In this document: one piece after another, positions 26,779-36,728 of the stretch
Layout of the letters: each line of letters begins with the position of its first letter
Position numbering within the stretch: position 1 is the first letter of the stretch
IMG/VR virus record: IMGVR_UViG_3300048687_000113
Coordinates: 45,244 to 109,243 of that record
DNA: 64,000 nucleotides
Reading direction: 5' to 3' (one strand)
From: a virus
Program-made: the position numbers and the translations under genes
The notes under the pieces: model-generated
What the model saw: only the letters and a program-made list of their open reading frames with translations
What the model was told of the DNA's origin: nothing
Database searches by the model: none

Positions 26779-27269
26779 TGGCGGCCAACGGGTTCATCGC
26801 CGTCCAGGGCGCCGTGTCTGCACTGGACCACCTCGCGGGGCGTTCCACGGCGCTGGAGGCAGAGTGGCTGGCCAAAACGCAGGCCGGTGATCCGCTGCCC
26901 CGGGCCACGTACCTGATGCTCCTGACCCAGGTCGTGACCGATGCCCAGACGGACATGACGACGCTGGTCGGCGCCGAGGCCGCCGGCACCGGCTACGCGC
27001 GCCAGCCCGTCCCCTGGCTGGCCGCCGCGACCGGTACCAGGACCGCGACGACCTCAGACTTGGTGCAGTTCGGCCCGTTTTCCGACCCGACGGGGCTCGC
27101 GGCCCCGGTCACGGGTGCGGCCCTGGTGACCCGGATGACGTCCTCGGCGGGGCAGCCCTCCGGGCTGTGCCTGATGGCCTGGAACCTCGCGACGGCGATT
27201 ACCACCAGCCAGAACCAGGCGTTGCAGTTGGCCGCCGGCAGTCTCCAGATGACGTTGGCGGTGACCTGA
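26778..27269 (+). CDS. virion structural protein (GYARQ family)
   Basis: TGYARQPVPW...VQFGP...LQLAAGSL. Confidence 0.7.
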   Translation: MAANGFIAVQGAVSALDHLAGRSTALEAEWLAKTQAGDPLPRATYLMLLTQVVTDAQTDMTTLVGAEAAGTGYARQPVPWLAAATGTRTATTSDLVQFGPFSDPTGLAAPVTGAALVTRMTSSAGQPSGLCLMAWNLATAITTSQNQALQLAAGSLQMTLAVT

Positions 27270-27360
27270 TGCGCTAGCACCGGCAACGACACCCAGCAAG
27301 ATCACTTAGCTAGCCAGCACTCATTCCCACTCGGTTCCGCTGGCGGGACCGGAGGCGGGA

Positions 27361-28203
27361 ATGGCTGCTCCAGCGGACATCGTCCGCAGGATTCGATCCG
27401 AGATCGGGGACCTTGAGTCACCCTTCCTCGACACGTACCTCGGCGCGGACGAGCTGTCGTCATACGACCTCTCCGAGACCGGCGTCTCCGAGGTCACCGC
27501 GAGGGTCACGACAGTGGACCCGCCGGCCACCGTCGACCTGGTCCCCGACGTCGACTACGTCCTGGACTCCGCCCAGGGACGCATCGTCCTGATCAACCCG
27601 GACTACTCGCCCCTGCACCACGGCCAGACCCTGATCGTGCGGGGGACGGCCGAGGGCCTGTTCACCGACGCCGACCTCCAGACCTATATCGGCGACGCGG
27701 TCGAGCAGCACGCATACGGCCGGAGCCTGACGACCCGCTACCGGGACGCCCACGGCTTCATCCGCTATGACCACGCCCCCATCACCCTGGAAAACCTGCC
27801 GGCCGTCGAGGAGCCGCTGGTCGCCTACCTCGCGGCCATCAACTGCCTGTGGACGCTCGCCACCGACGCGGCCACCGACATCGACATCTCCACGGCCGAG
27901 GGCACCTTCGTTCCCCGCACCCAGCGCTACCGGCAGCTCATGCAGCACATCGGGGACGCCACCACCGGACTCCAGGGCCGCTACAACACCCTCGCCCAGC
28001 AGCTCAACGTGGGCCTCGGCCGGATCGAAATGTTCACCGCCCGCCGGGTCTCGCGCACCACCAACCGGCTCGTGCCCGTCTTCAAGGAGCGCGAGTACGA
28101 CGACTCCTCGAAGCCCCAGCGGCTGCTCCCGCCGATCGACGGTGACGCGTACGACGACGAGTCGGGCGTGCCCTCCCCCGCCTACCCGGGCCTGTGGGGG
28201 TGA
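27361..28203 (+). CDS. head-to-tail adaptor
   Basis: IRSEIGD..., FTDADL, position in the neck module. Confidence 0.7.
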   Translation: MAAPADIVRRIRSEIGDLESPFLDTYLGADELSSYDLSETGVSEVTARVTTVDPPATVDLVPDVDYVLDSAQGRIVLINPDYSPLHHGQTLIVRGTAEGLFTDADLQTYIGDAVEQHAYGRSLTTRYRDAHGFIRYDHAPITLENLPAVEEPLVAYLAAINCLWTLATDAATDIDISTAEGTFVPRTQRYRQLMQHIGDATTGLQGRYNTLAQQLNVGLGRIEMFTARRVSRTTNRLVPVFKEREYDDSSKPQRLLPPIDGDAYDDESGVPSPAYPGLWG

Positions 28204-28209
28204 GCGGCA

Positions 28210-28803
28210 GTGCGTGGACGACTTGACTGGAAGCGGGGCCGGTGGAACATCAACGCGGAGACGACGCTGATCCACCGGGGCCTGCGCGGGTGGCAGCGCG
28301 CCACCGGCGACTCCTTCACGTACTTCCGCTGGCAGTACGACGAGTCGGAAATGCACCCCGTCTACGACGAGGCCACCGGCTCAGGAAAGCACTTCTACGG
28401 CCGCTTCCAGCTCCCCGCGCTGCACGTGAACCACACCGAGGCGGCAAATACGGAGCCGCGTGACAGTGGCCTGTACATCGTCGACTCGCTGCACGTCACG
28501 GCCGAGTTCGACCAGCTCGCCAAGACCGGTCTGCGGGACATCAACATCCGGCACGGCGCCTACCAGCGCGACCGCATCGCCTACGACAACTTGCTCTTCG
28601 CGGTGAAGCACGTCGACATCCGGGGGCAGATCCGCCGCCGGGACATCCTCGTCACGATCGACGCCGAGCAGCTCCGCGACGACGAGCTGGTCAACGACCC
28701 GACGTTCGCCGCGTATCTGCGGGACTTCAGCCGCAACCCCGATCCGGTGCAGCCGAAGCCTTCTCCCACACCACTGGAGGGCGGCGATGATCCCTACGCC
28801 TGA
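28210..28803 (+). CDS. head closure / neck protein
   Basis: HPVYDEA, RDRIAYD; synteny. Confidence 0.65.
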   Translation: MRGRLDWKRGRWNINAETTLIHRGLRGWQRATGDSFTYFRWQYDESEMHPVYDEATGSGKHFYGRFQLPALHVNHTEAANTEPRDSGLYIVDSLHVTAEFDQLAKTGLRDINIRHGAYQRDRIAYDNLLFAVKHVDIRGQIRRRDILVTIDAEQLRDDELVNDPTFAAYLRDFSRNPDPVQPKPSPTPLEGGDDPYA

Positions 28804-29470
28804 GATTGCCATGCCCGCGCTGCCCTCCGGGGTGCCCCTGGTGCGTCTGACCGGCCGCTTCATCGCGCCGGACGGAACGCCGCTGACCGGCAAGCTCACG
28901 TTCGCACCGCCGATGGTGATCACCCTGCCGGGCGCCGACACCATCTCTCCCATCCCCGCCACCGTGGAGATCGGCAAGGAGGACCAGGGGAGCTTCGCGG
29001 TGAACCTGATCGCCAGCGACGCCCCGGGAATGTCGCCGAGCGGCTGGACGTACCGGGTTACCGAGAAGATCACGGGCGCGCAGATGCGCGAGTACCACAT
29101 CCTGCTGCCCTGGCGGGAGGACAGCGCGTCCGTCGACCTCGCCGACCTGGCGCCCGCCTCGCCCTACACCGGCCGTTACCTGCCCGTCGTCGGAGCCACC
29201 GGACCCCAGGGTCCACAGGGCATTCCCGGGGAGGTCCAGCACACCGAGCTTCAGGCCCTGGAGGAACGCGTCGCGCCGCGACCGGTGTCGTGGACACAGA
29301 CCGTGGCGAGCACTGAATGGAACATCACCCACGCCTTCCCGTACCGGCCCGGGGTGCGCACGTACGACAACAGCGGCCGGGAGATCGGCGGCCTTGTCTC
29401 CCACCTCACCGACACCAGCGTGACCGTCCAGTTCGCCCATGCGGAGACCGGATCGGCGATTTTGAGCTAG
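28787..29470 (+). CDS. virion structural protein with short collagen-like segment
   Basis: DGTPLTG, GWTYRVTE, GATGPQGPQGIPG, WNITH...P.V. Confidence 0.75.
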   Translation: MIPTPEIAMPALPSGVPLVRLTGRFIAPDGTPLTGKLTFAPPMVITLPGADTISPIPATVEIGKEDQGSFAVNLIASDAPGMSPSGWTYRVTEKITGAQMREYHILLPWREDSASVDLADLAPASPYTGRYLPVVGATGPQGPQGIPGEVQHTELQALEERVAPRPVSWTQTVASTEWNITHAFPYRPGVRTYDNSGREIGGLVSHLTDTSVTVQFAHAETGSAILS

Positions 29471-29480
29471 GAGCCTTTTT

Positions 29481-30593
29481 ATGGCAGTGACCGATTTCCG
29501 TGAGTCCCTCCGGCTGAATTCTCTGCCCGTGCACGGGCTGGTGCCGGAGACGTCCTCCGCCCCGCCGGCCACGCCGGTGGAGGGCCAACTGTGGGCCGAT
29601 TCCGTCAACCATGTCGTGAAGTTCTGGAACCTGACGACGTGGAAGAACGCGCTCGACCGCAGTGACCACACCGGCGCGCAGCCGGCCGCCACGATCTCCG
29701 ATCTCGCCGCCACGGTGAAGGGCTACCGGCTCGACGAATTCACGGCCCCGACCGCTGCGGTTTCGCTGAACGGGCAACGGGCCACCAACGGCGCCGACCC
29801 GGTGGCCGCGACCGACCTGGCCACACGGCAGTACGTGGACAACGCCCGCGCGGGCATCGCCGGGGTGAAGGACCCCGTACGAGCAGTCGCCACTACGAAC
29901 ATCAACCTGGCCTCGCTGCCCGCCACCATCGGCGGCGTCACCATGGCCAGCGGCGACGGCTTCCTGGCGGCGGGGCAGACGACCGGCACCCAGAACGGCA
30001 TCTACGTCTACGGCTCGTCCGGCGGCTCTGCCACCCGCCGTTCGGACGCCGACCTCCTCGGGGACATCCGCGACGGCACGATGGTGGCAGTGGCCGAGGG
30101 CACGGACGCCGGCACCCAGTACATCCAGACCGCCACTGCCTCCGGTGCTCCGGGTGCCTGGACGCAGACGTGGGTCAAATTCAGCACCGGCGGTCAGACC
30201 TACACCGCCGACGGCCAGGGCCTGGAGCTGTCCTCCACGACGTTCTCCCTGGAGCTGGCCGACGCCACCCTCTCGAAGTCGGCGGCCGGTCTCACCATCG
30301 GCATGGTGCCCATCTCCAAGGGCGGCACAGGTGCGACGACGGCCGCAGGAGCACGCAGTGCTCTGAGCGCGGTGGGCAAGTACGCGGCCAATGTGCCTGC
30401 CATTACCGGCGGGACGCCCCTTCAGATCACGCACGGGCTCAACACGATGGACGTCCAGGAGCCGACACTGCGCGAGATAGCCACCGGTGAACTCGTGGGC
30501 GTAAAGCCCGTCGTGGTCGACGCCAACACCATCTCAATCACCACGGCATCGTCGTATCCCGCCGGCACCTTCTCGATTGTGGTGATCGGCTGA
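29481..30593 (+). CDS. fiber / head-decoration-like structural protein
   Basis: DRSDHTGAQ, ADPVAATDLATRQYVD, QTTGTQNGIYV, ITHGLNT. Confidence 0.8.
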   Translation: MAVTDFRESLRLNSLPVHGLVPETSSAPPATPVEGQLWADSVNHVVKFWNLTTWKNALDRSDHTGAQPAATISDLAATVKGYRLDEFTAPTAAVSLNGQRATNGADPVAATDLATRQYVDNARAGIAGVKDPVRAVATTNINLASLPATIGGVTMASGDGFLAAGQTTGTQNGIYVYGSSGGSATRRSDADLLGDIRDGTMVAVAEGTDAGTQYIQTATASGAPGAWTQTWVKFSTGGQTYTADGQGLELSSTTFSLELADATLSKSAAGLTIGMVPISKGGTGATTAAGARSALSAVGKYAANVPAITGGTPLQITHGLNTMDVQEPTLREIATGELVGVKPVVVDANTISITTASSYPAGTFSIVVIG

Positions 30594-30802
30594 TGGCCGG
30601 CCGTCAACTCGCCTCGCAGACAGTGCCCACCACCGGCGGCAACGTGCTCACCACCGACAAGGTCGGCGCAGTCTCGGGGGTCGCCGGCCTCGACACCGGC
30701 GGCAAGGTCCCCCAGAGTCAGCTCCCCACCCCGAAGATCACCGTCGGCACCACGGCGCCCGTGTCCCCCGCTGTCGGGGACGTGTGGATCGACACGAACT
30801 GA
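30593..30802 (+). CDS. small structural protein
   Basis: GVAGLDTGGKVP..QLP; VGTTAP..PAVGDVWIDT. Confidence 0.75.
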   Translation: MAGRQLASQTVPTTGGNVLTTDKVGAVSGVAGLDTGGKVPQSQLPTPKITVGTTAPVSPAVGDVWIDTN

Positions 30803-31539
30803 TGGCACGGCTCGTCACATGCGGGTTCGAAGCGAAGTCGGCCTCGGAGTGGGGCGGTACCGAGGGCACCGCCCCCGTCTTCTCGACGACGGTGAAGAAC
30901 AGCGGCACCGCGTCGGCCCGCTTCCAGAACACGACCGCGTCGGCCCGCTCGATCCGCTTCGCTGCCTACGCGGACGACGAAACAGGCAAGCTGAAAAACG
31001 TCTTCATCCGCGCCTACGTCCGGCTGGACACGGCGCCGGCCGCGCAGACCGCGATCCTCGCGTGGGATGACACGACCGGGATCGGGACAGCGTCCTTCTA
31101 CGGCATCAAGATCAACACGAACCGGACGCTGATCTGCACCTCGTCCACCGGGACTACCGGGACCGCGTCGGCCGCGCTGACGCTCGGTACCTGGTACCGG
31201 CTGGAGATGAACTACAACGAGGTGGCGAAGCAGGCGACGCCGTACCTCAATGGCACTGCGTGGGCGTCGCCGATTTCCGCTGACCTGGGTGGTGGCCACT
31301 GGGCGCGCTTCGGGATTATCAACTCCACCACGGCCGACATCTATTTCGACGATATCGCGGTCAATGACTCCACGGGGACTATCGACAACGGTTTGCCCGG
31401 GGCGATCAGTACTTCCACCGGAGTCCCGGCGAAAGTGTGGACAGGCAGTGCCTGGGCCACGAAGCCGGTCAAGGTGTGGACGGGCAGTGCCTGGGCCCCG
31501 AAAACGGTGCGGGTACGCACGTCCACAGCCTGGCGATAG
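30802..31539 (+). CDS. ConA/LamG-like virion protein
   Basis: GTWYRLEM, IYFDDIAVND, KVWTGSAW repeats. Confidence 0.7.
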   Translation: MARLVTCGFEAKSASEWGGTEGTAPVFSTTVKNSGTASARFQNTTASARSIRFAAYADDETGKLKNVFIRAYVRLDTAPAAQTAILAWDDTTGIGTASFYGIKINTNRTLICTSSTGTTGTASAALTLGTWYRLEMNYNEVAKQATPYLNGTAWASPISADLGGGHWARFGIINSTTADIYFDDIAVNDSTGTIDNGLPGAISTSTGVPAKVWTGSAWATKPVKVWTGSAWAPKTVRVRTSTAWR

Positions 31540-31618
31540 CGGACGGAATTATCAGGCGGTGAAAAAGGCGTGCCACGCTCACATTCCACCTCTTGCCGTT
31601 CCTAGCCGAGGAGTTTTC

Positions 31619-31882
31619 ATGGCTCGCTACGTTGCTGTCAGCATCTACGACTACGACAAGCTGATCAAGGACGGGCCGTTCGAGATCAACGACCCGTCCG
31701 AGCAGATCGTCGAGGAGGGGCAGCGCCTCATGCTGGAGGAAGTGGCCCTGGCCGCCGGCTACCACTACGCCGAGGGCGCCGCCTTCTCCGAGGCCGAGGG
31801 GCATGACCACGGAAAGCACCGTGGGCACGAGAAGCGCGACGGCGACAAGCACGGAAACCGCAAGCGCGACCACGACAAGTAG
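31619..31882 (+). CDS. small protein with His/Lys/Asp-rich tail
   Basis: GAGGAG RBS; own ATTATC-N20-CACGCT promoter. Confidence 0.65.
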   Translation: MARYVAVSIYDYDKLIKDGPFEINDPSEQIVEEGQRLMLEEVALAAGYHYAEGAAFSEAEGHDHGKHRGHEKRDGDKHGNRKRDHDK

Positions 31883-31913
31883 TTCCCGCATCTGCGCGAG
31901 AAGGGAGCGGGCT

Positions 31914-31994
31914 ATGTCCGTGGGGCAGATCGTCGGCCTGGTAGTCGTCGTCCTCCTGGTGATCGTCGTCCTGAAGATCATCGGCACATTCTGA
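31914..31994 (+). CDS. 26-aa single-TM peptide
   Basis: GGGAG RBS; MSVGQIVGLVVVVLLVIVVLKIIGTF. Confidence 0.6.
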   Translation: MSVGQIVGLVVVVLLVIVVLKIIGTF

Positions 31995-32085
31995 CCTGCA
32001 CACGAACTGGCAGCCATTAACCGCTGCCAAATAGCCGGAAGCATTCTGGTGGGGCGATCCACATACGCCCATACCGGAGAGTTCC

Positions 32086-33036
32086 GTGCCGTTTCTTCTG
32101 AACGAAGACCGGGCCCTGAAGCAGAAGTTCCAGGGCCTGATGGTGCATGACTCGACCTCCGGTATGGGTCGCAAGGTAACCGTCCGCTACAAAAACCCCG
32201 AGTACGAGCTGGCCGACGCTACGTACCCGATGACGCTGATATCCCACACGCGCATTTCGCGTGACCCGGAGCGGGAAAGCCGGGGCTTCGTCAATCTGCA
32301 CTACGCGCCCGAGGGCTACGAGCCCTGGGCGGACATGACGGACCCGAGCCAGTCGCCGTACATGTCACAGATGCCCATTCCGCTGAATGTGGACTACCAG
32401 ATTGACGTCTTCGCACGCAAAGAGCTGCACATCATCGAGCTGACCGGCAGCATGATGCAGTTCGACGTCCTCCCCCAGCGATTCGGCTACCTGCCGATCG
32501 GCGAGGACGGAACTGTGCGGCGTCTCGACCTCCTCGGTGGGCCGGACTACACCGAGACCAAGGACGAGCAGGGAAAGCGCCTCTTCTGTGCCTCCTGGGC
32601 GATCCGGGTTTCGAGTGAGATTTTCCCCGACGAGATCCGCGACCTCACGCCGGTACAGCGCGTCCTTATCGATCTTCTCGACAAGCAGGCGTGGGACGAG
32701 GGCGTAAAACGCCCCTGGGAGCCCCCGCACGAGGTCACCAAGACCCGCCTGTCGATCACTCCCGAGGTGCTGCCGGCCGCAACCGCAGACCAGACCTACC
32801 GGCAGGCGCTGACCAGCACGGGCGGCCACGGCGACATCCGCTGGTCCCTGCCCGAGGGCTCCCGCCTGCCCACCGGCCTCGCGCTCTCCCACAAGGGCGT
32901 CGTCTTCGGCACGCCCACGGCCCCCACGAGTTCGCCGGCCCGGTTCACGGTCTCCGCCCGCGACTCCGACCTCGTCCCGCAGGTCACCTCGGCCCCTTTG
33001 ACGCTCACCGTCTCGCCCGCACCCCCTGGGAGCTGA
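32086..33036 (+). CDS. tail terminator / neck protein with C-terminal Ig-like (He_PIG) domain
   Basis: Precedes the sheath; YQIDVFAR; LPAAT..Y..ALT..GG...W...LPTGL.L...G...GTPT. Confidence 0.75.
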   Translation: MPFLLNEDRALKQKFQGLMVHDSTSGMGRKVTVRYKNPEYELADATYPMTLISHTRISRDPERESRGFVNLHYAPEGYEPWADMTDPSQSPYMSQMPIPLNVDYQIDVFARKELHIIELTGSMMQFDVLPQRFGYLPIGEDGTVRRLDLLGGPDYTETKDEQGKRLFCASWAIRVSSEIFPDEIRDLTPVQRVLIDLLDKQAWDEGVKRPWEPPHEVTKTRLSITPEVLPAATADQTYRQALTSTGGHGDIRWSLPEGSRLPTGLALSHKGVVFGTPTAPTSSPARFTVSARDSDLVPQVTSAPLTLTVSPAPPGS

Positions 33037-35036
33037 TGCCGATGACCACACCGACGACTTTCGCCTACAAGCGCCCGGGTGTGTACATCACCGAGAGCTT
33101 GAACCCCCTGCCGCAGCCGGTTTCCCCGCCCGGCCTCGCCATAGCAACCTTCGTCGGCACCCATGACGCCGGCCCCTCCAATCCCGTGAAGGTCACGAGC
33201 TGGGAGCAGTTCGTCAGCCTCTACGGCGGCTTCGGGAACGGCCTCAACTACCTGCCTTTTCAGGTCTATTCCTACTTCGCGAACGGCGGTTCTCAGGCGT
33301 GGATTCTGCGGGCCACTCCCACTGATTCCGTCGCCGCGCGTCTGGTCGTGAAGAACCAGCCGCTGCCGCCGCCGGAGAACATCGTCGCGACACCCGACGG
33401 GGCGGCGCCCAGCGGATCGGGCACCAAGCCCTCCAGCAAGGTCACCAACGTGACGCTCAGCGCTCCCTCGGGGAACGTCACCGCGAATCCGGAGCAGACC
33501 GGCTTCCAGATCGAATGGGACGCTGTCACCCCGGCGGCTTCGGTCGACGCCTACGAGGTCGTCGTCACCCGGCCCGACGAAGGGTCCTTCTCGAAGTCGA
33601 TCTGGGTCGCCCAGCCTGCCGAGGGCAAGCCCACGGCGGCGTTCACGGCCCTGGCGCCGGACACCACGTACTCCGTGCAGATCACGCCGTACAAGGGCGC
33701 CACGGCCGGCGACCCGATGACGGCGGCAGCCACATTCAACACGGCCGCCGGATACACCTCTGTCGATGCCCTCCAGGTCACGGCACGCGGCCGGGGCGCG
33801 TACGGCAACAAGATCTTCATCAGCACCACGCCGAGCTGGACAACGGGCCGCTTCCATCTCTTCGTCAAGTACGGCTCGACCAACCAGTCTTCGCTCGTCG
33901 AGACCTGGCAGGACGTCTCCCTCAACCCCGGTGACCCGCGCTACGTCGTCGGGCTCATCAATTCCTCCACGGGCGGCTCCACCTACATCGCCGTGCAGAA
34001 CCAGCTCCCCCCGACCTCGACGGCGCCGGGCACGGGCCCCACCCCGGACGCCTCCTGGCAGCCGGAGTACCTCGCCGACGCCCCGCTGGAGACCGGCACC
34101 GACGGCGTCCTGGCCGTGAACCTGGCCGAGCAGCTCAGCACGCAGTTCGGCTCCGTCTCGGACGTGCTCCTGATCAATCTGTGCGGCAACACCTCGATGC
34201 CGGACCACATCCCGGCGCAGACCCAGATCAACTCCGTGCTGTCCTGGGTCGAGCAGCGGCGCGGTGCCTTCCTCGTTCTCGACGCTCCGCGCCAGCCGGC
34301 CCCGATCACTTCGGACGTGGCCGCGACCAAGTACACGGAGACGATCGGCGGTTATGCGCCGCAGTCTTCCTACGCGGCGTTTTACGGCCCGTGGATTCAG
34401 GTGGCCGACCCCGCCGGCGCCTCGGTGTCCTCGACGCGGATGCTCCCGCCGGCCGGTGCGGTGATGGGCCAGTACGCGCAGGCGGACGCGGCTGTCGGCC
34501 CCAACCGGAGCCCGGCTGGTGTCGCCTACAGCCTGGTCGGGGCGGTGGGAGTAGAGAACCAGTTCACCCTGGACCAGCTCGACGCGCTCAACCAGCTCGG
34601 CTGCAATGTGATCCGCCCGGTGCCCCAGAGCGGCTTTTGCATCATGGGCGCCCGGACGCTTCGACAGGGAATGCCGGACCGCTACATCGCCATCCGGCGC
34701 ATGCTCACGTACCTGGAAAATCTCCTGGAGAACGCGACCCGGTTTGCCGTTTTCGAGCCCAATGGACCGGCGCTGTGGCAGACCCTCGACGCGCTGGTGA
34801 CGCAGCAGCTCCTCACTCTGACGCAGGCAGACCAGCTTCAGTCGTCGGTTCCCGACCAGGCTTTCTTCGTGGTTTGCGACGAAACGAACAACACCGCGCA
34901 GACCATCGCCAACGGTGAAATCCACATTTCGGTCGGTGTCGCGCTGGCGAGCCCGGCAGAGTTTATCGTCATTGAGATCAGCCAGTATCAGGGCGGCCTC
35001 TCGGCGAGCACTTCGTCGGTCGAGTCCTCCATCTGA
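33036..35036 (+). CDS. contractile tail sheath protein with FN3 insertion
   Basis: YKRPGVYITE, VTSWEQF..LYG, YGPWIQV, LPPAG, GARTL, YIAIRR, FEPN..LW, PAEFIVI. Confidence 0.95.
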   Translation: MPMTTPTTFAYKRPGVYITESLNPLPQPVSPPGLAIATFVGTHDAGPSNPVKVTSWEQFVSLYGGFGNGLNYLPFQVYSYFANGGSQAWILRATPTDSVAARLVVKNQPLPPPENIVATPDGAAPSGSGTKPSSKVTNVTLSAPSGNVTANPEQTGFQIEWDAVTPAASVDAYEVVVTRPDEGSFSKSIWVAQPAEGKPTAAFTALAPDTTYSVQITPYKGATAGDPMTAAATFNTAAGYTSVDALQVTARGRGAYGNKIFISTTPSWTTGRFHLFVKYGSTNQSSLVETWQDVSLNPGDPRYVVGLINSSTGGSTYIAVQNQLPPTSTAPGTGPTPDASWQPEYLADAPLETGTDGVLAVNLAEQLSTQFGSVSDVLLINLCGNTSMPDHIPAQTQINSVLSWVEQRRGAFLVLDAPRQPAPITSDVAATKYTETIGGYAPQSSYAAFYGPWIQVADPAGASVSSTRMLPPAGAVMGQYAQADAAVGPNRSPAGVAYSLVGAVGVENQFTLDQLDALNQLGCNVIRPVPQSGFCIMGARTLRQGMPDRYIAIRRMLTYLENLLENATRFAVFEPNGPALWQTLDALVTQQLLTLTQADQLQSSVPDQAFFVVCDETNNTAQTIANGEIHISVGVALASPAEFIVIEISQYQGGLSASTSSVESSI

Positions 35037-35113
35037 CCGACACCAACCAGCTTTACCGCCTCTCATTCCCACTCGTTTTCGGCGGCCCTCCGACCGGGAT
35101 TGAGAGGTGACCA

Positions 35114-35698
35114 GTGGGAGCCACGACCACAACGCAGAAGCCTTCGCTCGCACAGCTCCAGACGGACCCCCTGAGGAATTTCAAATTTCAGGTGATGATT
35201 CACCTGGCGAATTCCACGCTGGACTCCAGCAAGCGGTCCAACCAACTGGGCTTCATGTCCGTTTCCGGCCTGTCGATCACCACGGACGTGGTGGTCTACC
35301 GGCAGGGCGGCATGAACACAACAACGCAGAAAATGCCTGGTCAGAGCGATTTTGCCCCCATCACGCTCTCGCGTGGGCTCATCTGTGGCGACTCCGACAT
35401 CTACGCCTGGCTGAAGCAGCTCTTCATGGTCATGCAGGGCACCGGCGGAAATGACGGCTCCTACAATTTCCGCGCCACGATGGACATCTTCCTCCTCGAC
35501 CACCCGGTGACCACGTCGAGTGTCACCTATAAGGCCGGTTGGCGCGTCTACAACTGCTGGCCGACCTCAATTGCATTCGGCGATCTCGACAGTGGCGCGA
35601 ACGGAGTTGAACTCCAGCAGATCACCCTCGCGCACGAAGGTTGGGATTTCAAGATCGCCAGCAAGTACGGGCCGGGCTCCGGCATTTCCCTGCCGTAA
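35114..35698 (+). CDS. tail tube protein (T4 gp19-like)
   Basis: DPLRNFKF, GFMSVSGL, YRQGG, ITLSRG, NCWP, TLAHEG. Confidence 0.93.
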   Translation: MGATTTTQKPSLAQLQTDPLRNFKFQVMIHLANSTLDSSKRSNQLGFMSVSGLSITTDVVVYRQGGMNTTTQKMPGQSDFAPITLSRGLICGDSDIYAWLKQLFMVMQGTGGNDGSYNFRATMDIFLLDHPVTTSSVTYKAGWRVYNCWPTSIAFGDLDSGANGVELQQITLAHEGWDFKIASKYGPGSGISLP

Positions 35699-35728
35699 TT
35701 CCGACCCCATTCAAAGGACGACACGATC

Positions 35729-36586
35729 ATGACTGAACCCATTGCGCTCCCCGACTTCGACGCCTTCGGCGACCAGGCCATCAAGGGGCTCGACAACCCT
35801 GACCAGGCCACCGCAGCCACCCAGGCCCTCCTCAAGGAGGACCGGAATTCCGGCGAGCCCCAGATCAGCGAGCCCGCCGAAAACTGCCTCACCCTGGAGC
35901 GCGGCATCTGCCGCGAAGGAACCTGGTCCCGCGACGCAGAGGTGAAGGAACTCACCGGGGCCGACGAAGAAGCAATCGCCGCCGCCGGCAGCAACTCGTA
36001 CAAGGTCTTCGAGACCCTGCTGCTGCGCGGCACCGTCTCCGTCGGCAACGAACCCATGACGCGGGCCCTGGCCAGCGAACTCCTCATCGGGGACCGCGAG
36101 TACCTCGTCATGGCCATCCGCCGCGCGACGTTCGGCGACGACCTCGAATTCGTCGAACTCCCCTGCCCCCACTGCAACGAACTCGTCGACCTCACCGTCC
36201 CGCTCGACGCAGTGCCGTTCACCCGCCTCGACGACCCCGAGCAGACCGAGTTCGAGGTCCCCCTGCGGCACGGTGACAGCGCGGTGGTCCGCCTCCCCAC
36301 GGGCGAGGACCAGGCGGCCGTCTTCGCCGTCAGGGACGGCAACACCGCCAAGCAGGACAGCGTCGTCCTCGACCGCTGCGTACTGCGCCTCCGGCACGCC
36401 GACGGGACCGAGACCAAGCGCCCGCCGGCCGCCTCCCTGGCCATGAGCGCCCGCAAGGAAATCCTCGCGTTCCTCACGAAGACCCAGCCGGGCCCCCGCT
36501 ACGCGGACTTCTCCTTCACGCACGACCCGTGCGGAAAGGAGGTCCCGCTGCCCATCTCGCTGGCTGTGCTGTTTCGCGGAATGTGA
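35729..36586 (+). CDS. tail assembly chaperone (T4 gp26-like)
   Basis: ELTGADEE, LLIGDR..L..IRRATFG, CPHC, RLPTGEDQ; between tube and tape measure. Confidence 0.8.
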   Translation: MTEPIALPDFDAFGDQAIKGLDNPDQATAATQALLKEDRNSGEPQISEPAENCLTLERGICREGTWSRDAEVKELTGADEEAIAAAGSNSYKVFETLLLRGTVSVGNEPMTRALASELLIGDREYLVMAIRRATFGDDLEFVELPCPHCNELVDLTVPLDAVPFTRLDDPEQTEFEVPLRHGDSAVVRLPTGEDQAAVFAVRDGNTAKQDSVVLDRCVLRLRHADGTETKRPPAASLAMSARKEILAFLTKTQPGPRYADFSFTHDPCGKEVPLPISLAVLFRGM

Positions 36587-36728
36587 CTACCGCCGCGCAT
36601 TCAGCGAGATCGAAATCCTCACCCTCGTCCACCCCGCCTGGCAACTGACGGAAATCAAGAGCCTCTCCATCCGTGAACGGCGCCACTGGATCAGCCGAGC
36701 CGCCTGGGAAGTAGAAAGGAGGGCGTAA
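36573..36728 (+). CDS. startless +1-frame extension of the tail assembly chaperone
   Basis: DYRRAFSEIEILTLVHPAWQLTEIKSLSIRERRHWI; no start codon; stop abuts the tape measure GTG. Confidence 0.65.
   Translation, partial: FAECDYRRAFSEIEILTLVHPAWQLTEIKSLSIRERRHWISRAAWEVERRA

Noticed and set aside
32796-35153. Long antisense ORFs (also 4988..6586, 49505..51664, 58310..59803, 62117..63628)
   Set aside because: Shadow ORFs of high-GC3 genes on the opposite strand, with no motifs.
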